IMG/VR virus record: IMGVR_UViG_3300036793_000157 | Coordinates: 1 to 30,313 of that record | From: a virus | Lineage: Duplodnaviria > Caudoviricetes | Strand: one strand, 5' to 3' | Length of the DNA: 30,313 nt | In this document: in pieces, positions 8,386 to 16,918 of the stretch | How the letters are laid out: each line of letters starts with the position of its first letter | Position numbering within the stretch: the first letter of the stretch is position 1 | Program-made: the position numbers and the translations under genes | Notes under the pieces: model-generated | Databases searched by the model: none | Told to the model about the DNA's origin: nothing | The model's input: only the letters and a program-made list of their open reading frames with translations

Positions 8386-11091
8386 TCAGATGAACAGGCC
8401 GGTCGCGTCGACACCGTCGCGCGCGAGAGCCTCGTCGATGAGTGCGTAGTGGGTTCCCTGGATTTGCAGGTCGCCCAGGTTGCGGGCGCGCCTGCCGTCG
8501 TTGCCCTCGTTGATGATCTCCTGCTGCTCGGCGAAGTCGAAGTCTTTCAGGGCCGTCTTCGCCAGGTGCGCGGACGCTGCCTTGGCGATGTCCTGGTCGT
8601 CCTCGGACTCCGCTGGGGTCATCAGGTCCTGGGCCGCTGCGGTGGTCTGGAAAGCCGCCACGATGGCCGCGAGGTCGTCCACGGGGTTCGCACTCGCGTG
8701 GTAGGAGTTCGGGGTCGTGCTGCCTCCCTGGAGCAGCGAGATGCCGCTGTTCTGGTCGGGCACGAGGTCCGCGCTCTGCGGAGGGTTGTCCGGGATCGGG
8801 TCGAGGTCATCCGGAGTGATCTCCGGGTGGTACGGCGGCAGGTGGTCTCCGGACTCGTTCTCCCCGTAGGCCACGGGCAGCGCGGGCTCCGGCTGCTCGT
8901 GCAACGCACCGTCGAAGCCGAGGGTGGGAATGAGGTTGTTCGGCGACGCGTCGAGGTTGTTCCAGTTGTCCGGGTCCTCTGCCGCCGCCCATCCGGTGCT
9001 CGCCGGGTTGGTGGTGTTCGAGTGCTCGGGCTGGCTCGTACCCCGGCCAGGTTGTGGATTTGTGTTGCTGATCGGGTCCCAGGCGGCCGCCGTCTTGGTG
9101 TTGTCGAGCGAGGCCTTGGCGATCTCTTTCCACGGGGCATCTTTTAGCTCCGGGCGCAGCGCGGGGTTCTTCTTCGCGTGATCGACATCCCACCAGGCCG
9201 CCTGCTCGTGATGATCGCCCTTGGGGTCGTCCGGGTTGGGCGTGACCCGGCCGTCCCGCATGGAGATGCCCTTTTCCGAGGGGATCACTACGAGATGACC
9301 TGCGTAGATGCCGTTCGGACTGGTCCAGGTGTGCTTGACGACGCCGCCCTCAGGGAACGGCTGGCCGACCTCCTCTTCAAACTCCCTGATTCCCGCGTGC
9401 AGGCTTGTGAGGTCGCCGTCTTCGTGGTGGCCGCCGGGGGCTTCCCAAGTTCCGCGCGCGGGGTCCTTCTCATCGTCGAGCCCGCGCTGGATCATCAAGA
9501 TCCGCCCGGTGTCGTGGGCCTTGAGAAGTACTCCGGAGACGGATGGGCCCGTCGGCTCTTTGGCCGCGAGCACCGGGCCCAGCTGGTTGCCGTCCACCAT
9601 GCCCAGGTCAGGTAGGGACGCATGCGAACCTTCCTCGTGGCCGCTGGCGTCCTTCCAGAGGCTCACCGCCGCTGTGTGCCGCATACCGACGCGCAGGAGC
9701 GCACCGATGACCTCAGCCGGGTCTTCGTCGGCTTCCCGCATCTGTGCGACCAGGGATGCGACCAGGGAACCCTCGTAGGGCCGCGCGAGCACGTTCTGCC
9801 CGGTGTCCGGGTCGTACCGGACGATGGTCTGCACCTTCTCCGGGGGCTCGGAGGCGTGGACCTCTTTGCCGAACATGCCCTGCGACTGAGCCTCGAACTG
9901 GAGGGCAAGCGCGTGCGAGCATTTGCGGCCTTCGAACTTCTGGAAGGGCCCGCTGCGGTCGAAGGAGTACGCGGCCCATTTGCATCCGCACGTCCAGTCA
10001 CCCACCTTGCGGGTGCCCGGCCGGTAGACGAGCAGCGCTTCGTAGACCCCGTGATCCCCGGTCACCTGTCCGCCGATGCCGTCGGAGGACGCGATGACGA
10101 TGTGCACGCCGCCTTCGGCGCGGATCCGCTTGGCCTTCGCCTGCACGTCCCGCCAGGATGCGGTGATGTGGAAGCCGAGGTCCTTGTCTCGCGCTGCGGT
10201 GCGCAGGATGCGACCGGCGTCCGGGATCTCCATGGATCCTTCTTCCTGTGCCCGCGAAGCGGTGTGGTGCTTCGAGTCACCTTCGTCGTAGGTGTGGTGC
10301 ATCCATCCGTTGCGGTCGGCGTCCGGGTGTTCGGCGTCCGGCTTCCAGGAGATGCCGGTGACCTCGACCTTGCGCCCGCTACGGATGGGTACCTCGCGCT
10401 CCTTGCTGGAGTGGTCGAAAGGGAAGACCCCATTGCGGAAGAGGTGCTCCGGCCGGGTCTCGATGTCCTTGCGCGCAGGACCCTTCGCGTGCAGGACCAC
10501 GGGGATATCCGTGCGCGGGTCCATCATCCCGTTGTGGGCGAACTGCTGGGACCTGCGAGCGTCGGTCGTCCAGTGCATGCCCATCTTGGGACCCTCGGGG
10601 ATCGCGGCATGCAGCGCGTGGAGATGATCTTCTTTCGACGCCTCGGGGTTGTTGATCACGCTGGCGTGTTCGGGGCTCATCCGCGCGGCGAAGCCCCGGT
10701 GGATTCCGTCGTCCTCGACACCCGGGTGCCAGACGTCCCAGTCGGTCGGTTCCCCGTGCGCGCTGTTGGTGTGGCTCGGCGTGTTCTGGTCGCGCTTGAC
10801 CTCGTGCAGGAACTTGATCGGAGAATCCGGGTGCCTGTTCTGGATCTCGTTCATCATGGCCGAACCGGATCCGGGCGTATCCAAGCTCGGGCTCAGGCTG
10901 TCGATGTGCACCGGGGCGCCCTTGCGCTTGGGCGGGAAGTAGTCCACCTGGCCGCCGGACTGCCGTGTCTCCGGGTCGGTGGCCCGCAGGGTGTGCTTGA
11001 CGGGGAACTTCGTCCCGCCGGTCTGCTGCTCGTGCAGTTCGAGCGCGAACTGCCGCGCCGTGTGGAGAGGACCGGGAACCCACTGCATCAA
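8386..11091 (-). CDS. Multidomain protein: GNAT-like, ART-like, SWIM Zn finger, NUDIX hydrolase, C-terminal domain
   Basis: NUDIX box WEAPGGHHEDGDLTSLHAGIREFEEEVG (clear). SWIM CGC...CSH (clear). ART-like IHRG...MHWTTD...EREV (moderate). GNAT-like GQVDY...VHIDSL...PGSGSAMMNEI (weak). Confidence 0.75.
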   Translation of the reverse strand: MMQWVPGPLHTARQFALELHEQQTGGTKFPVKHTLRATDPETRQSGGQVDYFPPKRKGAPVHIDSLSPSLDTPGSGSAMMNEIQNRHPDSPIKFLHEVKRDQNTPSHTNSAHGEPTDWDVWHPGVEDDGIHRGFAARMSPEHASVINNPEASKEDHLHALHAAIPEGPKMGMHWTTDARRSQQFAHNGMMDPRTDIPVVLHAKGPARKDIETRPEHLFRNGVFPFDHSSKEREVPIRSGRKVEVTGISWKPDAEHPDADRNGWMHHTYDEGDSKHHTASRAQEEGSMEIPDAGRILRTAARDKDLGFHITASWRDVQAKAKRIRAEGGVHIVIASSDGIGGQVTGDHGVYEALLVYRPGTRKVGDWTCGCKWAAYSFDRSGPFQKFEGRKCSHALALQFEAQSQGMFGKEVHASEPPEKVQTIVRYDPDTGQNVLARPYEGSLVASLVAQMREADEDPAEVIGALLRVGMRHTAAVSLWKDASGHEEGSHASLPDLGMVDGNQLGPVLAAKEPTGPSVSGVLLKAHDTGRILMIQRGLDDEKDPARGTWEAPGGHHEDGDLTSLHAGIREFEEEVGQPFPEGGVVKHTWTSPNGIYAGHLVVIPSEKGISMRDGRVTPNPDDPKGDHHEQAAWWDVDHAKKNPALRPELKDAPWKEIAKASLDNTKTAAAWDPISNTNPQPGRGTSQPEHSNTTNPASTGWAAAEDPDNWNNLDASPNNLIPTLGFDGALHEQPEPALPVAYGENESGDHLPPYHPEITPDDLDPIPDNPPQSADLVPDQNSGISLLQGGSTTPNSYHASANPVDDLAAIVAAFQTTAAAQDLMTPAESEDDQDIAKAASAHLAKTALKDFDFAEQQEIINEGNDGRRARNLGDLQIQGTHYALIDEALARDGVDATGLFI

Positions 11092-13763
11092 TCCTCCACG
11101 AAGTGGTGAGGCGCCAGATCGCGCTTGTTCACGCGGTAGTGCTGCTCGCCGTCGCTGAATTCGTCGTCCAACTCCGCAAAGTGCTCGGGCACCCGGATGT
11201 GCACCACTGCGGAGCCGTAGCCACTCGTGTTCTCGTCTCCACGGCTGGTGGACCAGTAGGTGGATCCGTCGGGATCCTTGGCGTGCATCGCCTTGTCGTG
11301 ATAGATCGCCGATGCCGCTTCGGGGGTCGTTCGGTGGTAGAGGTCGAGCGGCTCCTCTTCGTGCGCGACGGCGATCTTGTGCACGGGTGCGGTGTTTGCC
11401 GAGCCGGGCCCCAGCGCAGCCTTCAGCTGGCTGGCAAGGCGCCCTCGCGCCCTCCGGAGCGGCACATCGTCGTACATATGGCCGTCATTGGGGTAGGTGC
11501 ACCACGGAGGGCACCCGCGCATCAGAGCATTGTTTTTGTGCGGCTTGAGGTGATGATCTTCGTGACTCTTCTGCCTGGCAGCTCGGTATTTTTCTTCTTG
11601 CGCAGCGTCTTCTTCGGGTGTTGTTTCCTCTTGGGCACCCTTGCCGTCGCAGTCGTCGCAAGGAGAGCGGAAGGTCTTTACTTCATCCGGATCTCCCTCG
11701 CCCTCCGGATCAGTATCGGTCCACTCCGTGTATCCCTTCCCCTTACAGGAATCGCAGGACAACATCTTCCGAGGTGTTTTGGCCATACCTGATGCTACCC
11801 GAAGGGGTAGTTCGATGGATCCTTTGGCCTGCATGAGAGCCATCGGGCCCGGCTCGGAGATCGGGCACACCTGCTGCTGCCACGGGGTGCTCCACGGACA
11901 CGGGCCACGGTCCTGGGGGATGGCCAAGGAGACGGCCGTGGAGTCGCCGGGAAACGTGCATCGGGCCTCCCGCCGCCAGGTGCACCAGTCGTGACCGGCC
12001 AGATCCGCCGTCTTCTTCTGGGCGCCGAACAGGGACAATTGCGCCCGGTCCACGGGCTCAGCCTTCTTCGGTCGTGGTGCGCGTTGCTTGGGCTCGGGAA
12101 CGGCTCCGTGGAAGGGGCCCTTCTCTCCGTCGTGGAAGGGCTCGTCCGGGTACGGCGAGTGGGCCACGTACGCCTTGACCGGGTGGTTCAACGACGCGGC
12201 CGCTTCGGCGCGGTGGTGCCCGTCGGCGACCTGGTAGACACCGTGCCGGTGCACGAGCACCAGGGGAGGCATCTTGTCCGGGTGCTCCTGGTACCCCTGC
12301 CTGGCCTGCTGGACCCGGTAGTCGTCCGCTCCGCTCGGGGAGAAGTCAATGTGCTTGGGGTGCACCGTCTTCTCGTGGAACTCCAGGTCGTGCACCGAGG
12401 AGTCTTCGGCGTCCAGGTGACCCGGGCGTTCGTGGGCGATGTAGTTGGCCGCGTCACCGATACCTGGGCCGTCGGCTCCGTCGGCGTCTTCCCCGTGGAT
12501 GTCCGCGTCGCCGTAGACGTGCGGGTGCCGGTCACCGATCTCGTCCCAGGACAGTCCCCTGGCTGCCTGCTTCTGCTGGCCCTCATGAGGAAGCATCTCC
12601 GCTTCCACGTGATCGTCGTGCACCTTGTTCACCCGCATGCGGGAGCCGCGAGGGAAAATCACTTCGCCAGGCGCACCCACGTAGTCGAGCAGGTGATGCA
12701 TCGGGATCGCGTGAGTCCCTGCGGGCACGTGAATGTGCATCAGCGTGTGGTCCGGGTCGCTATACCCCTTCGTCACGCCCTTGATGGTCGTGGTGGACAT
12801 GTGCGCCGGGTCGTGGATCTCGTCGCCCTCGCTGAGGTGGCCGACCGGTGCGGTGCGGTACACGGTGCTCGGGCCCTTGGTGGAGAAGCGCTGCGAGATC
12901 TGGTCCATCGAGTGACTGACGTCGCTGAGCTTGTGCATCTCCTCCTCGTCGTCCGTCTGCGTGTACTCCATGGGATGTCCACGCAGGTGCCGGTTCAGGT
13001 CCTCGTTGATCCCGTCGCCCGAGTAGGAGGACAGGTGGCCGTACTCGTCATCCGAGAGGCCGCCATCGCCGTGCACGTTCCAGCCGTCTTCTAAGGACTG
13101 CTTCGCCGCAGTGGTGGAGACCCGGGAGTCGAAGTCGATGAAGTCGTTGATCCCCGCCTGCCCGCCCGCGCCGGATGCTCCGGACGCCGGGTCCACGGTG
13201 CCGCGCGGGTGGTTCGACGGGTCGCCGATCAGCTCGGGAGTCCACTGGGCGCCCGGGTGCGCCGACATGGTGCCGCCGCAGTTGGCGCAGGTGGCCTGCC
13301 GGACCCGGCCGTTGTCCGTGGGGTTCTCGAACTCGGTGGCGCCGCAGTACGAGCAGCTGGAGGGCTGGGGGTCGTCGGCCTCGGGGTCCATGGTGGTCGC
13401 GGCCGCAGTGAACTCCAGTTTCCCGGGGTCGGGCCGGTCGGTGAGGATCGTGCCGAATTCCGGGTAATCCTCCGAAGCCAGGTGCACCTCGCCTGCGGTG
13501 GTCAGCGCGGCCGTGGTCTGATTCGGCTTGCTGAGGTCGCCGGGTCCGTAGGTGCCTCCGCCGAGCCCGTGGTCCAGGACGACGTCGTAGGTCTCCAGGC
13601 CGGGCAACGGGCCGTCCTGGACGGCTTTGACCTCACCCATGATGTTGTCGCAGGTCATGACCCGTTCGCCGGGCTGAAAGTCCCAGTAGATCTGGGAAAA
13701 GACGGCGTTCTTGGCCATCTCACCGGTCTCGTGCTGCCGGGCGACGTGGCGACGTACATACAT
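11088..13763 (-). CDS. Multidomain protein: Zn ribbon, VIP2/Alt-like ADP-ribosyltransferase, ParB/Srx domain, Cys-rich domain, DnaJ-type Zn finger, second ART-like domain
   Basis: 891 aa from ATG 13763 (SD GAGGAGG). YSG...LNRHLR...VYR...MSTT...GEVIFPRGS (R-S-E ART). PPLVLV...VADGHHRAEAA (ParB/Srx). CDSCKGKG/CDDCDGKG. LYHRTT...YWST...YG...E (His-type ART-like). Confidence 0.75.
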   Translation of the reverse strand: MYVRRHVARQHETGEMAKNAVFSQIYWDFQPGERVMTCDNIMGEVKAVQDGPLPGLETYDVVLDHGLGGGTYGPGDLSKPNQTTAALTTAGEVHLASEDYPEFGTILTDRPDPGKLEFTAAATTMDPEADDPQPSSCSYCGATEFENPTDNGRVRQATCANCGGTMSAHPGAQWTPELIGDPSNHPRGTVDPASGASGAGGQAGINDFIDFDSRVSTTAAKQSLEDGWNVHGDGGLSDDEYGHLSSYSGDGINEDLNRHLRGHPMEYTQTDDEEEMHKLSDVSHSMDQISQRFSTKGPSTVYRTAPVGHLSEGDEIHDPAHMSTTTIKGVTKGYSDPDHTLMHIHVPAGTHAIPMHHLLDYVGAPGEVIFPRGSRMRVNKVHDDHVEAEMLPHEGQQKQAARGLSWDEIGDRHPHVYGDADIHGEDADGADGPGIGDAANYIAHERPGHLDAEDSSVHDLEFHEKTVHPKHIDFSPSGADDYRVQQARQGYQEHPDKMPPLVLVHRHGVYQVADGHHRAEAAASLNHPVKAYVAHSPYPDEPFHDGEKGPFHGAVPEPKQRAPRPKKAEPVDRAQLSLFGAQKKTADLAGHDWCTWRREARCTFPGDSTAVSLAIPQDRGPCPWSTPWQQQVCPISEPGPMALMQAKGSIELPLRVASGMAKTPRKMLSCDSCKGKGYTEWTDTDPEGEGDPDEVKTFRSPCDDCDGKGAQEETTPEEDAAQEEKYRAARQKSHEDHHLKPHKNNALMRGCPPWCTYPNDGHMYDDVPLRRARGRLASQLKAALGPGSANTAPVHKIAVAHEEEPLDLYHRTTPEAASAIYHDKAMHAKDPDGSTYWSTSRGDENTSGYGSAVVHIRVPEHFAELDDEFSDGEQHYRVNKRDLAPHHFVED
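11796..11809. promoter_or_regulatory. Palindromic operator-like site TACCC-GAAG-GGGTA inside a coding region
   Basis: Same 14-mer as in the 25126-25153 promoter, in inverted orientation. On the minus strand it runs into TAGCAT, 5 nt before an in-frame ATG (MAKTPRK). Confidence 0.5.
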
Positions 13764-13773
13764 GGAGGCCTCC

Positions 13774-13810
13774 TCAGTGTTTGGGCAGGCCGTAGGTGAG
13801 TCCAGGCAGG
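13774..13810 (-). promoter_or_regulatory. Candidate late promoter motif (upstream of multidomain ART gene)
   Basis: Minus strand CCTGC-N20-CCCAA-ACAC-TGA. Confidence 0.55.
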
Positions 13811-14503
13811 TTACGGGCCGAGACCGATGAAGATCATGCTTTGCGAGGAGGTCGCGGTCATGGTCGGCAAGGTCGCGGGCAGGGCGCTGATGACGCTGGC
13901 TCCCCAGACCAGTCGCTGGAGAGCGGTCATCGTCTGGTTGGCCCCGAAGTTGCGGCCGCCGACGAAGGTGGGTGTACCGGCCGACCACGCCAGGAGCACC
14001 GCCAGGTAGACCATCGTGTTCTGCGGAAGCGCGGCCAGGGTCGCCTGGAGAGGGATGTTCAGAATGGCCCCTGAGGTGGCCGCTGCGTTCGCCGTGGCGG
14101 TGAAGTCGGCCGTGGATGCCAGCAGGTTGCCCGAGGTGTCGTAGACGCCCAGCTGAGCTGCGGTGAAGGTGACTCCCACCGTCGAGATGGTGTCGATGCA
14201 CATCTTGGTCGCGGCCAGCGCCTGGTCGATCCGAGTCCGTACACAGTACAAGCGTCCTGTTACCAGCGAGGGGGTCGACGGGGCCATCTGCGGGTCCATG
14301 GTCATCGCCACGAGACCCAGTGCGCCCGCACCCGAGCCGCCGCCGGGGCTACCGAGGTCCTGGACGATCCCGTTGGTGAAGTCGGCGGCCGCGATCTCGG
14401 AGAACTCCTCGTCGGTGAGGATCGCCGTCGAGTTGGCCAGCGGGTAGAAGATCCCGTCGGGCAGCGTGATGTTGTTCTTGAGGGTCTTGACGATGTGCGA
14501 CAT
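13811..14503 (-). CDS. Putative virion structural protein
   Basis: 230 aa, Ala/Thr/Gly-rich, short N-terminal domain, GGGSG linker, beta-rich C-terminal domain. Translationally coupled to the portal (TGATG). Confidence 0.55.
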   Translation of the reverse strand: MSHIVKTLKNNITLPDGIFYPLANSTAILTDEEFSEIAAADFTNGIVQDLGSPGGGSGAGALGLVAMTMDPQMAPSTPSLVTGRLYCVRTRIDQALAATKMCIDTISTVGVTFTAAQLGVYDTSGNLLASTADFTATANAAATSGAILNIPLQATLAALPQNTMVYLAVLLAWSAGTPTFVGGRNFGANQTMTALQRLVWGASVISALPATLPTMTATSSQSMIFIGLGP

Positions 14504-16686
14504 CAGGCCGTTTCCTCATCCCACTCGGGCTTCCACTGCTCTTTGCGGTCGATCTGGACGTACCGACGCATCCCGACGTGCCTCGGGTTTCCGTACAGAC
14601 CCTGCGGCCGGTAGTTCTCCGGGCGCGGCGTGACGCCCTCGTCGGTGACGACATCCTCGATCGAGTTGTCTGGCGCCGCGTAGTGCTTGAGCGTGGCCTC
14701 CCGGATCTGACCGCGCCGGTACTTGAAACCGGCGATCTTCTTCGCGGGCTTCGGCATGGTGGCCCTCGCTTCGTCGGATTCCGGCGGCCGCTGGTCTCCC
14801 GGCTGCGGTGCTTCCTCGTCCATCCCGCCCATGGGCTGGCCCGGCATGGGGATCACCTGACCGCCAGCGTCTCCGGCGTTGTCCTCGTCGGTGTCGTCGG
14901 CGAGGTCGTCCTGGCTCGGTGCGAGCGCCGGTGTGCCGACGTCCTGAGTGCCCAGTGTCAGCAGTGCCGCGTCTCCCGCGCTCTCGTCGGGGATGTTGAG
15001 CGCCTTCGGCTCGAAGTCGTCGCGGAGATCCTGGGCGATCGGCAGGCCTGCGTCCCGGAGCGCCTCATAGGTCTCCTTGCGGGTCTCCTGCTCGGCGACG
15101 GCGAGTCGGATCTGCTCCTGCTTCTTCTGCTCGATCATCTCTTCGAAGTCGAGGCCGGTGCCGAGGATGCTGCGCTCCACAGGGATGGGGACGCCCCTAG
15201 CCACGAGCGCCTCCATGAACTGGCGCTCCTGCTGCTGGTCGGCGAGGTTGAGGGTGTCGAACTCCAGCTCGGGAACGAGGAGCTTCGGCTGCTGGATGAT
15301 CTTCTGCTCGCCGGTCTCCTCGTCGACCTCCAGCACCTCCTCCATCTTGACGTACCGGCGCCCGTTGCGGACGTCGTAGTCGAAGTGCTCCTGCGCCTCG
15401 GCCACAATCCGGGCTCGGTCGTTGAAGAAGTCCTTGAGCTGCTGCTGGTGGTGCGTCATCAGCTCGGTGACCACGTCGCGGTTCAACGCGTCGGCGGCGT
15501 AGGTCTCCCCGGCCTCCGCTCCCTGGAGCATGGTGCGCGACAGGCCGAAGGTCTGGAGGATGCGGTCCTCCAGCCGGTCGAAGTCGCCGGAGAGGTCCGG
15601 CATCTCCTCGCGGCCGAAGACGCTCTCGATCTGAGTGGTGAAGTTGTCCACGAGCACCCGGAAGTCACCGGCCATGGCCATGTCGAACGACTCGCGGAAG
15701 TTCTCCAGGTCCTCCGGCGTCGGGATCCAGGGAACGTCCATGCCGAGGTCGGTCGCGGAGGCGCCGAGCTTCGCCAGAATCAGCGGGGTGTACAGCCGGT
15801 CGGCGATGGCGTCTTGGGCGGTGTTGAGCATCTCCTCCTGGAGGACTGCCCGGAAGGCCCGCATGATAATCGGAATGCCGCGCTTGTGGAACGGGTCCGC
15901 CTCGAACTTGACCTGCTTGAGCAGCATGTTGGAGACCGGCATCCGGCTGTTCTCGCCCGCGTAGGCGACCAGCTCGGGGTAGTTCTCGACGAGCTGGTTG
16001 AACTCCCATACCGGTTGCCGCTGGCGGAGCACGTCGCGCAGAGCCTGCGGGAGGCGGATCAGGAAGCGGGGGTCGCGGGAGAGGGGGCTGCGCTCCACGA
16101 AGACGTCGTTCGGGTGCAGCAGCTCCTCGGATTCCCAGACGCCCAGTACCTCGTTGAAGGTCCCCAGGGGGAAGGCCTCGCCGACCATCCACTTCTCACG
16201 GGAGACGTTCACCATGAAGTTCTTGTAGTCGAGCTGGTCGAAGAACAATTCCTCGTGGAATTCCTTGACCTTATTGTCCTTGCATTTAATGGCCATTCCC
16301 TGCAAGGGGTACTTCGAGAAAATGTCGATACAACTCGCGATGACCGGGTGGGTCAAATACAGGAGTCGGCAGAACTCCCGGAGTTTCGCCATTTCCTCGT
16401 CTTTGGAAATGTCGAAGGGGAGATTGTTCTGCCTCCAGTAGAACATCGGGTCGCGGGGTCGTCCCATGGCGAAGGCCAGGTTGGCGGACTCCATGCCGAA
16501 GCTGCCGCTCGACGTGTCGGCGAGCGGTCCGGTCGCCTGCTTCCGCAACGCGCCCTGCCGTCGGCTGTAGGCCATCTGCGCTCGGGCGGCCTTCTCGCGG
16601 TCCTCGCTGCTGGGCATGCCGGAACCCGTGGGGATGATGAGTCCCTTCGGGGTACCTCTGCGGTCGTTCACGCGGAAGTCAGGCAC
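14503..16686 (-). CDS. Portal protein
   Basis: 727 aa. Helical N-terminal part (FCRLLYLTHPVIASCIDIFSKYP), GEAFP...LLHPNDV, RGIPIIMRAFR, ILQTFGLSRTMLQG..TYA, acidic C-terminal tail. Typical portal architecture within the head module. Confidence 0.8.
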   Translation of the reverse strand: MPDFRVNDRRGTPKGLIIPTGSGMPSSEDREKAARAQMAYSRRQGALRKQATGPLADTSSGSFGMESANLAFAMGRPRDPMFYWRQNNLPFDISKDEEMAKLREFCRLLYLTHPVIASCIDIFSKYPLQGMAIKCKDNKVKEFHEELFFDQLDYKNFMVNVSREKWMVGEAFPLGTFNEVLGVWESEELLHPNDVFVERSPLSRDPRFLIRLPQALRDVLRQRQPVWEFNQLVENYPELVAYAGENSRMPVSNMLLKQVKFEADPFHKRGIPIIMRAFRAVLQEEMLNTAQDAIADRLYTPLILAKLGASATDLGMDVPWIPTPEDLENFRESFDMAMAGDFRVLVDNFTTQIESVFGREEMPDLSGDFDRLEDRILQTFGLSRTMLQGAEAGETYAADALNRDVVTELMTHHQQQLKDFFNDRARIVAEAQEHFDYDVRNGRRYVKMEEVLEVDEETGEQKIIQQPKLLVPELEFDTLNLADQQQERQFMEALVARGVPIPVERSILGTGLDFEEMIEQKKQEQIRLAVAEQETRKETYEALRDAGLPIAQDLRDDFEPKALNIPDESAGDAALLTLGTQDVGTPALAPSQDDLADDTDEDNAGDAGGQVIPMPGQPMGGMDEEAPQPGDQRPPESDEARATMPKPAKKIAGFKYRRGQIREATLKHYAAPDNSIEDVVTDEGVTPRPENYRPQGLYGNPRHVGMRRYVQIDRKEQWKPEWDEETA

Positions 16687-16711
16687 GCTCGCTCCTCAGG
16701 CTCTGGTCTAC

Positions 16712-16918
16712 CTACGCGGATGGGGGCGCGCTCTCCGGCTCGGGGACGAGGGTCGATGTGACGGGGGCCGCTGCCTCCTCCACGATGCCGTAGTTGATCA
16801 GCCTACCCACCTCGACCTCGTCCGCCGGTGAATCGGTGGGCAATTCGACCGTGTCCCCGGGCTTGAACGTTCCCTGGGAATTTGTCCACGGGATCAGCAC
16901 TGTGTACGTGGGCATCAC
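16712..16918 (-). CDS. Small hypothetical (structural-type) protein
   Basis: 68 aa, YTVL...FKPGDTVEL...RLINYGIVEE. Overlaps the upstream stop. Confidence 0.6.
   Translation of the reverse strand: MMPTYTVLIPWTNSQGTFKPGDTVELPTDSPADEVEVGRLINYGIVEEAAAPVTSTLVPEPESAPPSA

Noticed and set aside
11630-11790. DnaJ chaperone call
   Set aside because: Only two CxxCxGxG repeats; no J-domain or HPD motif.
13764-14201. N-terminal extension of the 1037-aa ORF, and similar extensions of ORFs ending at 1958, 7399, 18705, 20386, 23312, 24413, 28801 and 28977
   Set aside because: They overlap upstream genes or promoter motifs and read as off-frame sequence. Downstream starts have SD sequences or stop-start coupling.
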